Shown here: piece by piece, positions 29,885-40,517 of the stretch
How the letters are laid out: every line of letters begins with the position of its first letter
Numbering within the stretch: the stretch's first letter is position 1
Assembly (NCBI GenBank): GCA_041651015.1
Contig: JBAZKA010000001.1
Span: 205,158-269,157 of the forward strand
Length of the DNA: 64,000 nucleotides
Direction of reading: 5' to 3'
Source: Patescibacteria group bacterium
GTDB lineage: Bacteria > Patescibacteriota > Patescibacteriia > Magasanikbacterales > GWA2-37-8
The notes under the pieces: model-generated
Database searches by the model: none
The model's input: only the letters and a program-made list of their open reading frames with translations
Told to the model about the DNA's origin: nothing
Position numbers and translations under genes: made by a program

Positions 29885-30355
29885 TTATGCTTCAATTTCT
29901 ATGATTGTATATTTTTGCGTGCCGGCCGGTGTAGCTACCTCAACCACATCATCAATTGATTTACCAAGAAACGCTTGGCCCAATGGTGATTCATTGGAGA
30001 TTTTTCCTTTGAACGGGTCAGCTTCTTGGGGCCCGACAATTGTGTATTTTTTTGTTTTATCGCCGGTTTTCGCAATGACAGTGTTGCCGATCAGAACCTC
30101 GTCATTTTTTTTGCGGTCGCCGTTTATTAAAATAGCATTTGATAATATTTGATCAAGTTCAAGCATGCGTCCTTGCGCCCAAGCCATGTCTTCTTTGGCC
30201 TGGTGATATTCGGCATTTTCCGAAAGATCGCCTTGTTGTTTGGCTTCATCAATGCGATTGGCGATCTCGGGAATTTTTTTATTTTTAAGATTATCCAATT
30301 CTGTTTTGAGCAAGGCATAACTTTCCTCGGACACGTATTGCGCTTTATCAGACAT
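29885..30355 (-). CDS. greA: transcription elongation factor GreA
   Basis: LSENAEYHQAKEDMAWAQGRMLEL coiled coil plus a C-terminal FKBP-like domain. The ORF track extends to 30367. Confidence 0.85.
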   Translation of the reverse strand: MSDKAQYVSEESYALLKTELDNLKNKKIPEIANRIDEAKQQGDLSENAEYHQAKEDMAWAQGRMLELDQILSNAILINGDRKKNDEVLIGNTVIAKTGDKTKKYTIVGPQEADPFKGKISNESPLGQAFLGKSIDDVVEVATPAGTQKYTIIEIEA

Positions 30356-30455
30356 AATATTAATCAATTAAATACAGATACCCGATTCAATATGGATATC
30401 CGTTTATGCATAAATTATAACACATCGTGGAACTCCGTCAAATTATTTATCCCCA

Positions 30456-32444
30456 TTATTTAAGGTATTTTTTACCCCACCAAGCCAAAAAATCTCGAGC
30501 AATCGGCTGGGCGGCGGTTGAACCCTCTTTGCCTTCCTCCACCAAAATTGCCACAACGATTTCGGGGTTATTAAACGGGGCAAACGCAGTAAACCAAGCA
30601 TGATTTTCTCTGCTGGCATTCCATTGTGCTGTTCCGGTTTTCCCGGCTGAGGTAAAAGGCAATGATTTTAAGAGCTGGCAACTACCGGAAAGTACGCATT
30701 CTCTCATCCCCTGCTGAACGATGGATATGTTGGCCGTTGAAACAATATTTTCATTGTTAATTATTATTTTTGTTGAAGTTGCTTCCTTGCTAACCGGATT
30801 CACTGTCGCGGCCACAATTCTCGGCGCGAGCACCTTTCCACCATTGGCGATAGCCGATGTCCAAACTGCGGCCTGAAGAGGCGTGACCAATAAATCACCT
30901 TCTCCGATGGATAAATTATATGTATCACCGACATACCACTGCTCTTTTTTAGTCTCTTCTTTCCATTGCTTGCTCGGTAAAAACCCTCCGCTTTCGCCGG
31001 GTAGATCAATGCCGGTTTTACTCGCTAAATTAAAATTCTTGAGATACTTTACGATTTTATCCGCGCCCAAGCCAATAAAATTTTTGTAACCGCCGCCGAT
31101 ATAGTAAAAAAAAGTATTAACAGACCACGCCAAGGCCTTGGTGACATTGGTCGCACCATGCCCGCCAAGCTTCCAATCTTTAAAGATCCATTTATCTATG
31201 GTAATACTGCCGGTAGAAAGAATTGTGGTATTTTTTGTAATGATTCCTTCTTGAAGGGCTGCCGCGGCAAGCAGTGGCTTTACAATTGATCCGGATGGAT
31301 ATGTGCCGGCTATGGCACGATTAAACAATGGATTGTTTTTGTTTGATAAGTATCCGTTATATTTTTCCGAGGAAATTCCACCGGAAAAATCGTTGTTGTC
31401 GTATGACGGCCAGCTGACTATGGCCAAGACCTCTCCGGTTTCGGGATTCATGGCGATGCCGGCAGCGCGATTCCAATTATTTTTTTGTAATGATGCGGCG
31501 ATTAATTCTTCCATTTTTTGTTGGGCCTCCAAGTCAACTGAAAGAATTAAGTGGTTGCCCGGCACCGGAGATTCTTCAGCCAGAACCTTTTGTTCTCGTC
31601 CCAATGCGTCAACCTCTATTTTTTGACGACCGTATGTGCCGCGCAAAAGGGATTCGTATTGATTTTCCAGACCGTCCTTGCCAATATAATCCGATGTTAG
31701 ATAACCGAGTTCTTTGCCGCTATCCAACTCTTCATCGTTTACTTTTCCCAAATAGCCGATTACGTGTGATAAGGAAAATAATGTTGATGTTGCATTTTTT
31801 TCGGCGCCGACTGTTCGGTACAAACGTTTTGTGCCTTTTTCAATAACTATTCCAGGTAAATCGGCATTCTGTATATACAACGATAGCGCCGTCTCATAAT
31901 CTAGATTATCCTTTACCACCAGCGATTCATAACTATAGGCGCCGTATTTTGCCAAGAGAGTTTCAATATCAAGGGCGGGAATGCCGCTAATGCCGGCTAT
32001 GCGATCAATTACTAGTTTTTTCTCGCTGGCAATCTGAGGCAAATCTTGAGGCACGATAGTCAAAGAAAAACTCGGAATATTTTCCACTAACTGGCGCCCC
32101 TCTCGATCGTAAATTAAACCGCGCTCGGAAGCGATCGGTTTGAGACGGACGCGATTATTTTCCGCCAGATCGCGAAAATGGCCACCCATTACCGCTTGTA
32201 AATAAAAGGAACGGCCAAAAATTACAGCGATTCCGATAACCGTCAAGACCGATAATATCAGGATCTTTTTGCGCGAGATACTGCAACCGATAAAGTTTCG
32301 CGTTTCCGCTACATGAATTTCGTGTCCGTTTTTTGAAAATTTTGAAAAGTTTGTTTCCACCCAATCATGTTTATATTTGCCAAAAAGATCCGCGTCGCCA
32401 ACGGGATCTTTGGATTTATAATCAAATATTTGGTCGCCGCTCAT
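30456..32444 (-). CDS. mrdA: penicillin-binding protein 2 (elongasome transpeptidase)
   Basis: SxxK (GSIVKP), SxN and KTGTA (AGKTGTAQ) motifs. Sits directly downstream of mreBCD. Confidence 0.75.
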   Translation of the reverse strand: MSGDQIFDYKSKDPVGDADLFGKYKHDWVETNFSKFSKNGHEIHVAETRNFIGCSISRKKILILSVLTVIGIAVIFGRSFYLQAVMGGHFRDLAENNRVRLKPIASERGLIYDREGRQLVENIPSFSLTIVPQDLPQIASEKKLVIDRIAGISGIPALDIETLLAKYGAYSYESLVVKDNLDYETALSLYIQNADLPGIVIEKGTKRLYRTVGAEKNATSTLFSLSHVIGYLGKVNDEELDSGKELGYLTSDYIGKDGLENQYESLLRGTYGRQKIEVDALGREQKVLAEESPVPGNHLILSVDLEAQQKMEELIAASLQKNNWNRAAGIAMNPETGEVLAIVSWPSYDNNDFSGGISSEKYNGYLSNKNNPLFNRAIAGTYPSGSIVKPLLAAAALQEGIITKNTTILSTGSITIDKWIFKDWKLGGHGATNVTKALAWSVNTFFYYIGGGYKNFIGLGADKIVKYLKNFNLASKTGIDLPGESGGFLPSKQWKEETKKEQWYVGDTYNLSIGEGDLLVTPLQAAVWTSAIANGGKVLAPRIVAATVNPVSKEATSTKIIINNENIVSTANISIVQQGMRECVLSGSCQLLKSLPFTSAGKTGTAQWNASRENHAWFTAFAPFNNPEIVVAILVEEGKEGSTAAQPIARDFLAWWGKKYLK

Positions 32445-32447
32445 AGT

Positions 32448-32987
32448 TTAATAATCATTTATGACGTATCGTGGATTTAGCTTCCGTAAAAACAATGAGG
32501 CCGCAATGTAAATTAAAGTTAAAGCGCTGGCATTCATAATAATTTCTTGGCCAAAACCCAGCAGAGCGGCGGAGTTGATCACAAAAGAGCCTTCGGCGAT
32601 GGCGCGCCAAAAATACGATAAAATTATATAAAATAATCTATAGGAAAATACTCCGATTATTCCGGCAATAAAAACAATCATGAAGAATCTATTGGTCAAA
32701 ACATTCACGAGTAACCATTCTAAAATAAACATGGAAACGAGGAGCGATGCAGTCATAAAGCCAAAAGGCGTGACGTGGAATAATTCAGTTAAAAGCGATA
32801 AACCAAATAAATACGGAAGAAAATCTTTTGCGATGGAAAACACCAGAGCCGCCATCATAGCCAGAAGAATAACATTGATTTTGTTAAAAGGCACCGGCAA
32901 GAGATTGGAAATAAAAATTTGTATAATAAACAATATTGTCATGAATAAAATTCTGGAAATAACCAGCAATATTGTTTTTGCTTTCAT
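32448..32987 (-). CDS. mreD: rod shape-determining protein MreD
   Basis: 179-aa polytopic membrane protein between mreC and PBP2. Confidence 0.55.
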   Translation of the reverse strand: MKAKTILLVISRILFMTILFIIQIFISNLLPVPFNKINVILLAMMAALVFSIAKDFLPYLFGLSLLTELFHVTPFGFMTASLLVSMFILEWLLVNVLTNRFFMIVFIAGIIGVFSYRLFYIILSYFWRAIAEGSFVINSAALLGFGQEIIMNASALTLIYIAASLFLRKLNPRYVINDY

Positions 32988-32990
32988 AAT

Positions 32991-33797
32991 TTATTCGGTT
33001 CGCAAAACGGAAACCAGTGTTAATTTATCCAAATCAGTACCCGGAGTCAACACGGCGGATTGAAATGGACGGTATGTTTCGTTTTCTATGGCCGTGACCG
33101 TACCGATAAGCAGGCCCCTCGTGATTCCAGTCTCCAAACCGGAGGTGACGATCGCGTCACCCACCTGGATATTCTCATTGCGAGGGATAAAATTCATTTT
33201 GACCGATAACCCGTAACCACCCTCAACCACACCTAAACTTTTATCGGTATTTAGTATCGCGCCGGCAATCTTTGATTGACTATCGTTAATCAGACGCACA
33301 ATGGACATATCGTTTTCAACTTTAATTATTTTTCCGATCAATATTCCATCGCCGACGATTACCGGCATGTCCTTGGCCACGCCGTCTTTTGCGCCAGTAT
33401 CAATAATGAGTGCTTGGTCGGTTTGTTCAATATTTTTTCCCACCACGCGCGAGACAATCGGAATAATTTTTGTTTTTTCTTTAAAATTTAGAGTAGCGCG
33501 CAAATTATCATTCTCTTCTTGGAGCAGATAAATTTTGGATGATTCAACAGCAGAACTTTCAATTTGATTTCGGCATTCGTTGTAAGCGATAAAAAAACCA
33601 TCCTTATTTTTAAAGAACTCGTAGCCCTCCCCCACTTTTACGCTTATACCGCTTGACTTTATAAATATCGGCGCAAAAATATTGCGCAGGCCGGATTTAA
33701 CGGGATTTAACCAGCCGAGCTGATTAAAAAAAACGAGCAACACCAGTATTGCCCCAAATACAATATACATTTTGTCGCGTCGTTTGTTAAATTTCAT
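32991..33797 (-). CDS. mreC: rod shape-determining protein MreC
   Basis: N-terminal TM, a coiled coil (LQEENDNLRATLNFKEK), and C-terminal beta domains. The ORF track extends to 33848. Confidence 0.7.
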   Translation of the reverse strand: MKFNKRRDKMYIVFGAILVLLVFFNQLGWLNPVKSGLRNIFAPIFIKSSGISVKVGEGYEFFKNKDGFFIAYNECRNQIESSAVESSKIYLLQEENDNLRATLNFKEKTKIIPIVSRVVGKNIEQTDQALIIDTGAKDGVAKDMPVIVGDGILIGKIIKVENDMSIVRLINDSQSKIAGAILNTDKSLGVVEGGYGLSVKMNFIPRNENIQVGDAIVTSGLETGITRGLLIGTVTAIENETYRPFQSAVLTPGTDLDKLTLVSVLRTE

Positions 33798-33850
33798 AAT
33801 TCCATGATATTCGTATAATTCGTATGCATTAGTATATTTGCATCGCAAAA

Positions 33851-34897
33851 TTACTCTCCTCGGCGATTGGGATATACCGCCACTTCTTCCAACAATCGCG
33901 CGTCATCAAGTAAAATTGAGGCCCCGCGTACCACGGCCGTAAGCGGATCGTCTGCAATGCGCACGGGAATTTGCGTGGCGCGCATAATTAATTGGTCAAT
34001 CCCGCGCAACAGTGCGCCGCCACCGGTAAGCAAAATTCCGCGTTCATGAATATCAGCCACTAATTCCGGCGGAGTCACTTCCAGTGTGCCTTTAATATTT
34101 TCCACAATGACGCGGAGCGAACGCGAAAGCGCTTCGCGCACTTCGGCGTCGCTAATCATTACTTCTTTCGGCAAACCGGTCACCATGTCTCTGCCTCGCA
34201 TCGGATAAACCATGCGTTCCTGCATTTCCACGGCCGAGCCGATTTTGATTTTAATTTCTTCGGCTTGGCGTTCGCCGACTAAAAGATTAAACATCTCTCG
34301 GGCGTATTGAGAAATATTATAATTAAATTCATCGCCGGCTATCTTAATTGATTTCCATTTTACCACACCGCTCAAAGATATTACCGCAATTTCAGTCGTC
34401 CCCCCGCCAATATCTACAATGAAATTTCCGACCGGTTCGGTAATCGGCATGCGCGAACCTACGGCCGCGGCCATTGGTTCCTCCACGATAAATACTTCAC
34501 TCGCTCCGGAATTTAGCAAAGCGTCACTTACGGCTTTGCGCTCAACTTCAGTAATATCAATCGGGGCGCCTACCACCACGCGCGGACGCGTCATAAAAGA
34601 AAAAGAGCCCTCATGAACTTTATCAATAAAATGTTTGAGCATTTTTTCCGTCACTTCAAAATCAGCAATAATTCCCCCGATTAAAGGACGTGATGTAATG
34701 ATGTGAGGCGGAGTTTTACCCAGCATTTCCTTGGCTTCGTTGCCTACTGCTAAGATTTGTTCAGTGCGAGTGTTGACAGCAACAACTGACGGTTCGTTGA
34801 TAATAATACCGCGGCCCTTTACATAAACCAAGGTATTGGCCGTGCCCAGGTCAATGCCCAAGTCTTTGCGGAATTTATTAAAAAAATTATTTAACAT
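33851..34897 (-). CDS. mreB: rod shape-determining protein MreB (actin homologue)
   Basis: GIDLGTANTLVYVKGRGIIINEPSVVA and the actin-fold phosphate motifs. Confidence 0.9.
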   Translation of the reverse strand: MLNNFFNKFRKDLGIDLGTANTLVYVKGRGIIINEPSVVAVNTRTEQILAVGNEAKEMLGKTPPHIITSRPLIGGIIADFEVTEKMLKHFIDKVHEGSFSFMTRPRVVVGAPIDITEVERKAVSDALLNSGASEVFIVEEPMAAAVGSRMPITEPVGNFIVDIGGGTTEIAVISLSGVVKWKSIKIAGDEFNYNISQYAREMFNLLVGERQAEEIKIKIGSAVEMQERMVYPMRGRDMVTGLPKEVMISDAEVREALSRSLRVIVENIKGTLEVTPPELVADIHERGILLTGGGALLRGIDQLIMRATQIPVRIADDPLTAVVRGASILLDDARLLEEVAVYPNRRGE

Positions 34898-35288
34898 AAT
34901 CTTGATTCTGATATTTGCGATTGGTAAAAATTAATCCTTCGGTAAACGCGTATAAAGTGACAAGCAAAGCAAAGTTCCACCAAGTCAAAAGTTTAATTTG
35001 AGCAAGAATTAAAACAATAATGCAAAATACGGAAAAAATAAAACCTTGGCGAAAATTCTTTTTCATATGGCGAAAAACAGCGTCTTCATTTTTGATGATT
35101 TTTGCGCGAATAATAAACCCGACTAAAGTAAATGTGCCAAGCAAAGACAAAAAAAGACTGACATAAAAAAAAGCAAAACCGAGAAATCCGGCCGCGTTCG
35201 GATCAAAAAATAATATTACCGTAAGCCAAATTAACCACGAAATAATCGTGGCTCCGGTCATAATAGCAAGGTATTGGCGAAGTGACAT
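34887..35288 (-). CDS. small integral membrane protein, unknown function
   Basis: 133 aa, about 4 TM helices. Confidence 0.35.
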   Translation of the reverse strand: MSLRQYLAIMTGATIISWLIWLTVILFFDPNAAGFLGFAFFYVSLFLSLLGTFTLVGFIIRAKIIKNEDAVFRHMKKNFRQGFIFSVFCIIVLILAQIKLLTWWNFALLVTLYAFTEGLIFTNRKYQNQDYVK

Positions 35289-35335
35289 ATTTCCTATACT
35301 TTATCAGATTAACCCTTATTTGGCAAGGATAAGAA

Positions 35336-35626
35336 CTACGACACGATAATTATTTTATTTACGGCCTGACCACCGAATTTTTCGTTAATTTTGGCGATAA
35401 TTTCACTTTCGCGCATCTTAATTTCCAGAGCCGCGCCCGAACCGCTGGCGTGAATACCAAGCGTGCCGTTTTTGATGTAGACTGCCTCTAAATATGTCCG
35501 GCAATCCGGCCCAAAAAAATCCACTAAGACAGTGTTGGCGTCTTCAACTACCATGGCTGCGGCCGCCCCGCGCATGGTCGGTGATTCATTCTTTTTTCCG
35601 CTAAATATAGAAAATAAAGATTGCAT
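35336..35626 (-). CDS. DUF721 / DciA-like protein
   Basis: C-terminal block NGTLGIHASGSGAALEIKMRESEIIAKINEKFG resembles the DciA/DUF721 signature (GTLVLHADSPAWA..L..). The ORF track extends to 35668. Confidence 0.45.
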   Translation of the reverse strand: MQSLFSIFSGKKNESPTMRGAAAAMVVEDANTVLVDFFGPDCRTYLEAVYIKNGTLGIHASGSGAALEIKMRESEIIAKINEKFGGQAVNKIIIVS

Positions 35627-35631
35627 ATGCA

Positions 35632-38562
35632 TTATGCGCGATGGTCGCAAATATCCCGGTATTCGCAAAAATCACAAGTGTGCTTTTCGGGCGCGGCCGT
35701 AAAATCTCGGGCATTAATTCGTTCAAATATTTCCGTAAGTTTGGTCTCCAACTTGATAATGTCCTTTTCAGCGCCTATAAATGATTGCCGGCTTTGGTCG
35801 GTTAGATATATATAAGTCAATTTCTCCGGCTTGCCATACTGATTGTACTCAGGCAGTTCAGACACCGCCATTTGATAAACCAGGAGCTGTTCTTTATCCT
35901 CGGTATCCAATTTTTCCTTTGGCTTACCGGTTTTGTAATCAAATATTTCCAACATTCCCCCGGCGCTTACGTCCACCCGATCAATTTTTCCGGAAATTAA
36001 ATGCCCGCCGATTTTTATTTTAAATCCTTTTTCCAAGGCCACCGGCATTGTCCACAGGCCTTCGTTTGATTTATAAAAATTTTTTAGGATTTCAATTCCT
36101 TTATCATAATACTCCTCTCGTTGTTTGGCGCTTTTATACCAATCCGGTATCCAATAATCTTTGTAAATTTGCAATAGCTCATCCAAGGCAGGTGCCTTGA
36201 CACCGCCCGCGTTTTTTGTCGCAGTGGTCAAACCAAATAGCGAGGTTTGTTCGGCTGAATTTAATTCATGAACTCGTGAATAAAATTTATGTAAGACATT
36301 GTGCATCACTGACCCGAAAGTCAAACTGGGGCTGCCTTCCGATGGAATTTGCAGAATTGTTTTAAGTTTATATTTATATGGACACGCTTCGTATGTTTGG
36401 ACTTGAGAAAAAGAAAATACCTCGGGGATTTGGTAAACAAGTTCGCCTTTGGTTGGGGCTTCATTTAACGAAATAATTTTTGACAGCTTTTCATTATTTG
36501 CATCTGCCATGACATTAAATCCAAGTTCACTCAAGAAACGCGATATTTTTTTGTCGCGGGCCCCGCCGTAATTGTCAGCGCTGGTCAAGTACAAAAGTTC
36601 CTTAGCGCGAGTCATGGCCACATACATCAATCGGCGTTCTTCTTGGTAGTGAACATCGCCCTCAGGCAAATGCTCTTTGATTAATTCCAATGGAATTTGA
36701 ATCGCGTCGTCGCCGCGACGGCGGAGAGGGAATCTCTCCTCCACTAAATTTACGACAAAGACATACTTATACTCCAAACCCTTGGACATGTGCACAGTCA
36801 TAATATTCACCGAATCAGGCGTGTCTTCGGGTTGTTTAATAATTCCCGTGTCCCCTGATTCCAAAACATCATTAAAGTGTGCCAAAAAATCTTTGACATT
36901 TGCGTCCGCGGTCATGGATTCGTAATTTTTTACGTATTCAAAAAATTGGTTAAGATGGTGGATGTCGCGAATAATATTACGGTCGCCTTTGTCCTCTCCT
37001 TGCGTCAGATATTTCAAATATTTTGATTCATCCAAAAACTTGTACAGTGTTTGCGTTGGTTTTTCATTGCGGGCGATTTTTATGCCATTGTGAATAATTG
37101 AAAGAAGTTGTTGCGCGCTTGCTTCGCCGGATTGAGAGATATCAATTTCAGCCGAACGCTTGAGCGCTTCATAGTAGGATATTGTTTTTTTCTTCGCGAA
37201 TAGAGTAATCTTTTGCAAATCGTTTTCGCTCATTGTCAACATTGGCATTTTTAGCAAACGATAGATTGACGCCGATTCATGGTAATTATCAATGACTTTG
37301 AAAAAGTTTAACGCGTCCAAAACAATTCGTTCGCGATAAAGACCGGCCGCGGCCAAAAATTCATAGGGAATACCTTGGCGTTGAAACTCATTTACAAACG
37401 GTTCAACGTGGCTGTTGGCCCGGACGAGAATCGCAAAATCATCCCAAGACGCAGATTTGTCGTGTTTTTTAATTTTGAGTATTTCTTCGGCCACAAATTT
37501 TGTCTCTTCGTCAATTGTGCGCGAGTGAGAATGAATAACGCGCTCAGCCTTGCCGACAAAATCTATTTTGGATAAAAGTTTTTTATCAATTTTAAGTTTG
37601 GCTTCCAAACGGTCGGGATTATTATTTTGGATTAACTCATATGATTTTTCCAAAATTTCCTGAGCTGAACGATAATTTTCATTTAAAATAATTTCTGAAG
37701 CATCGGCAAAATCCTCTTTAAACCGTAAAATGTTTGCCACAGACGCCCCGCGAAAAGCATAAATACTTTGGTCATCATCCCCCACTACCGTGAGTTGAGA
37801 TTGAGCGGCAATTTTTTTCACCAGAGTGTATTGGGCAAAATTTACGTCCTGAAATTCATCCACCAAAACAAATTTGAATTGATTTTGAATTTTTTTGAGA
37901 ATGGACGGGCGTGTGTCCAAAAGTTTGTTGACCCAATAAATCAAGTCGGCAAAATCCAAATAATTATTTTCCAAAAGCAGTTGATTATAAACATGAAAGG
38001 CATTGGCCACTTCGGATAATCGTCCACGCTCTTCATCGCCGGAAATATCCTTGTCCAAGATTGCGTTTTGCGCGTGCGCCAGATACTCATCCGGAGTAAT
38101 CATTTCATCTTTGCATTTATGAAAATGTTTGATTAGTTCGTGAATGTGCCTGGTCGGATTACCCAGCGGCCTATAATAATTCAAATTATATTTATCCAAA
38201 TTCTTGCGAATCAATAGCCACGCATCCGTATCAGTCAGAATATTAAATTTGTTCGGCAAACCAATGTCCAATCCGTATTGTTGCAATAATTTTTCACAAA
38301 AAGCGTGAAATGTGGCGATGTACATTTCCAGATATCCGGTTTCCATCATCTCATCAACCCGGGATTGCATTTCGGCCGCGGCTTTTTCATTGAAGGTTAA
38401 AGCCAAAATTTGTTCGGGTTTGGCGAGTTTGTTATCCAAAAGATATTTAATCTTTTGTGTGACAGCTGTGGTTTTGCCTGTGCCAGCGCCGGCCACTATG
38501 ATTAGCGGGCCTGAGACATGTTCAATCGCCTTTTTTTGGGCTGAGTTTAGCTTTTTATCCAT
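35632..38562 (-). CDS. UvrD/PcrA-family helicase fused to C-terminal Cas4/AddB-like PD-(D/E)XK nuclease with Fe-S cysteines
   Basis: Walker A (AGAGTGKT) and the UvrD motifs. The C-terminus has ACPYKYK...DYKTGKP...CDFCEYRDIC (Cys1 + CxxCx5C). Confidence 0.75.
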   Translation of the reverse strand: MDKKLNSAQKKAIEHVSGPLIIVAGAGTGKTTAVTQKIKYLLDNKLAKPEQILALTFNEKAAAEMQSRVDEMMETGYLEMYIATFHAFCEKLLQQYGLDIGLPNKFNILTDTDAWLLIRKNLDKYNLNYYRPLGNPTRHIHELIKHFHKCKDEMITPDEYLAHAQNAILDKDISGDEERGRLSEVANAFHVYNQLLLENNYLDFADLIYWVNKLLDTRPSILKKIQNQFKFVLVDEFQDVNFAQYTLVKKIAAQSQLTVVGDDDQSIYAFRGASVANILRFKEDFADASEIILNENYRSAQEILEKSYELIQNNNPDRLEAKLKIDKKLLSKIDFVGKAERVIHSHSRTIDEETKFVAEEILKIKKHDKSASWDDFAILVRANSHVEPFVNEFQRQGIPYEFLAAAGLYRERIVLDALNFFKVIDNYHESASIYRLLKMPMLTMSENDLQKITLFAKKKTISYYEALKRSAEIDISQSGEASAQQLLSIIHNGIKIARNEKPTQTLYKFLDESKYLKYLTQGEDKGDRNIIRDIHHLNQFFEYVKNYESMTADANVKDFLAHFNDVLESGDTGIIKQPEDTPDSVNIMTVHMSKGLEYKYVFVVNLVEERFPLRRRGDDAIQIPLELIKEHLPEGDVHYQEERRLMYVAMTRAKELLYLTSADNYGGARDKKISRFLSELGFNVMADANNEKLSKIISLNEAPTKGELVYQIPEVFSFSQVQTYEACPYKYKLKTILQIPSEGSPSLTFGSVMHNVLHKFYSRVHELNSAEQTSLFGLTTATKNAGGVKAPALDELLQIYKDYWIPDWYKSAKQREEYYDKGIEILKNFYKSNEGLWTMPVALEKGFKIKIGGHLISGKIDRVDVSAGGMLEIFDYKTGKPKEKLDTEDKEQLLVYQMAVSELPEYNQYGKPEKLTYIYLTDQSRQSFIGAEKDIIKLETKLTEIFERINARDFTAAPEKHTCDFCEYRDICDHRA

Positions 38563-38563
38563 A

Positions 38564-40342
38564 CTACTTTATAAAACCGCCGGCCTGAATACGCCACAAC
38601 TTCGCGTATAAACCGCATTTATTTTGCAACAATTCATCGTGATTACCCTGCTCCACCACTTCACCGTTCTTCATTACGATTATTCTATCCATTTTCATGA
38701 TAGTAGACAAGCGGTGCGCCACTACGACCACGGTTTTATCCGCAATGAGTTTATTAAGCGCGTCTTGAATCAATTTTTCCGATTCTGAATCCAAGCTGGA
38801 AGTGGCCTCATCTAAAACCAAAATCGGCGCATCAAACAATATGGCGCGAGCAATAGCAACGCGTTGGCGTTCTCCACCGGATAATTTCACACCTCGTTCC
38901 CCTACTTTTGTAGAGTATTTTTCCGGCAATTTATCTATGAATTCATGACAATGCGCGGTTTTGGCCGCTTCAATCACTTCGTCCTCGGTCGCGTCAGGTT
39001 TTCCATAACGAATATTTTCCAACAATGACCGATGAAATAGAATCGGATCTTGGGGTACTAAGGCCACGGTTTTCCACAAACTTTCCTGTTTGACTTTGGC
39101 GATATTTTGCCCGTCAATAAAAATCTTGCCACCGGCCACATCGTGCATACGGAGCAATAATTTTAAAATTGTGCTTTTCCCCGAGCCCGACGGGCCAACC
39201 AAGGCAATTTTTTCGCCCGGCTTAATGTCTAAATTGAATTTTTTTAATATGTAACGGGTTTTGTTGTAGCAAAAATCCACATCCTTAAATGTTATCTCGC
39301 CGGATTTATATTTTAAATCTTTTGCATTTGGCACGTCCACGATTTCATGCGGCGTCATAAACACCTCGGTCATTTCTTCGGCATTGGCAAAATCTTCGTA
39401 GGTTTTAACAATTAGGTGGCCAAACTGCCAAGAGTTATCCATAATCGTCAAAATGTATGCTTGCAATAAAGCAAAATCGCCGATAGTCATTGAGCCGTGA
39501 CGCCATAAAATATAGCCGACAAAATATATGCCTACTTGCAAAATAGCCACAAAGAACGAATTTATAGCCCAAAATGTTTCCGCCAAGCGCCATGATTTAC
39601 TCCTTAAATACCGCACTTCTTCATTGGAATTTCTATATGATTCGGCTTCACGGTCGCGACCGCAAAATAATTTAACATTAGCGTTATTGGTAATTGTATC
39701 GGAAAGCAATGCCGAATTTTTTGTATCAGCCTCGCTGGACAAAGTATCGTATTTGTATTTATATTTGGAAAAAACCAAATTTAAAATAGCCACAATAATT
39801 AACCACGCCAGCATGCCTAGACCGAGAAAAATGTTTTTATTTAAAAGTACGGCGATAATAATGACGGTAGTAATTATTATGTGACTAAAGTTGTAAAATA
39901 CTTTATCAGCCAATGATTCAAAAGCATGGGTATAGCGATTAACTTTTTTTACCAATGAACCGACAAAGGTATTATTAAAATATCCAAATGAGTGTCTTTG
40001 CAGATAGGCAAAACAGCTATTGGCAATGTCTGCCATTATCTTTGGCTCCAAATAAACAAATATAAAACCGTGTGTTCTAAAAAATATCCATTGAATAAAT
40101 TTCCAAAAAGCCATCATGGTCAGCACGCCAATGATCGCGCTGGACACATCACCGGAGGCATTGGATAAAATATCAATGAATTTTTTTAGATACAAAGGCA
40201 GGATGGCATCAATGGTCGGAATCACTATCGCGGAGATTACAATAGCGACGAAAAACAATTTATATTTCATCGCATGGCGCCAATAAATTTTTATCGTTTC
40301 TTTGGTCTTGGTTTGCATAATTAACTCAAAACATCCATACAA
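38564..40342 (-). CDS. ABC transporter, fused permease/ATPase (MsbA-like exporter)
   Basis: Six-TM domain, then GPSGSGKST, LSGGERQRVAIARA and ILVLDEATSSLD. Confidence 0.8.
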   Translation of the reverse strand: MYGCFELIMQTKTKETIKIYWRHAMKYKLFFVAIVISAIVIPTIDAILPLYLKKFIDILSNASGDVSSAIIGVLTMMAFWKFIQWIFFRTHGFIFVYLEPKIMADIANSCFAYLQRHSFGYFNNTFVGSLVKKVNRYTHAFESLADKVFYNFSHIIITTVIIIAVLLNKNIFLGLGMLAWLIIVAILNLVFSKYKYKYDTLSSEADTKNSALLSDTITNNANVKLFCGRDREAESYRNSNEEVRYLRSKSWRLAETFWAINSFFVAILQVGIYFVGYILWRHGSMTIGDFALLQAYILTIMDNSWQFGHLIVKTYEDFANAEEMTEVFMTPHEIVDVPNAKDLKYKSGEITFKDVDFCYNKTRYILKKFNLDIKPGEKIALVGPSGSGKSTILKLLLRMHDVAGGKIFIDGQNIAKVKQESLWKTVALVPQDPILFHRSLLENIRYGKPDATEDEVIEAAKTAHCHEFIDKLPEKYSTKVGERGVKLSGGERQRVAIARAILFDAPILVLDEATSSLDSESEKLIQDALNKLIADKTVVVVAHRLSTIMKMDRIIVMKNGEVVEQGNHDELLQNKCGLYAKLWRIQAGGFIK

Positions 40343-40376
40343 ATATGGATGACGCGAATTTAAATTTTAAACTTAT

Positions 40377-40517
40377 CTATTCTACGACTTCTTCAACGTT
40401 CTCATGCTTGCAGCCACATTCACACGTCTCATCGCATTGGCATCCTTCGCCGCCGCAAGAGCATGTTTCATCGCACTTGCATTCCGGTCCGCAGTCACAT
40501 GTTTTTTCTTCAATCAT
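40377..40517 (-). CDS. unlisted 46-aa Cys-rich metallothionein-like small protein (MIEEKTCDCGPECKCDETCSCGGEGCQCDETCECGCKHENVEEVVE)
   Basis: Hand-translated on the minus strand: ATG at 40517, TAG at 40377-40379. It has 12 Cys in six regularly spaced C-x-C pairs. The +strand 63-aa His/Ser/Pro ORF in the track is its mirror image. A TTGTCC-N17-TATACT promoter lies upstream. Confidence 0.6.
   Translation of the reverse strand: MIEEKTCDCGPECKCDETCSCGGEGCQCDETCECGCKHENVEEVVE

Noticed and set aside
40377-40517. SCIFF/ranthipeptide-type RiPP precursor interpretation of the Cys-rich peptide
   Set aside because: No radical-SAM maturase or peptidase-domain transporter is adjacent. There is no leader or Gly-Gly motif, and twelve Cys in C-x-C pairs fit a metallothionein-like peptide better than a six-Cys SCIFF.
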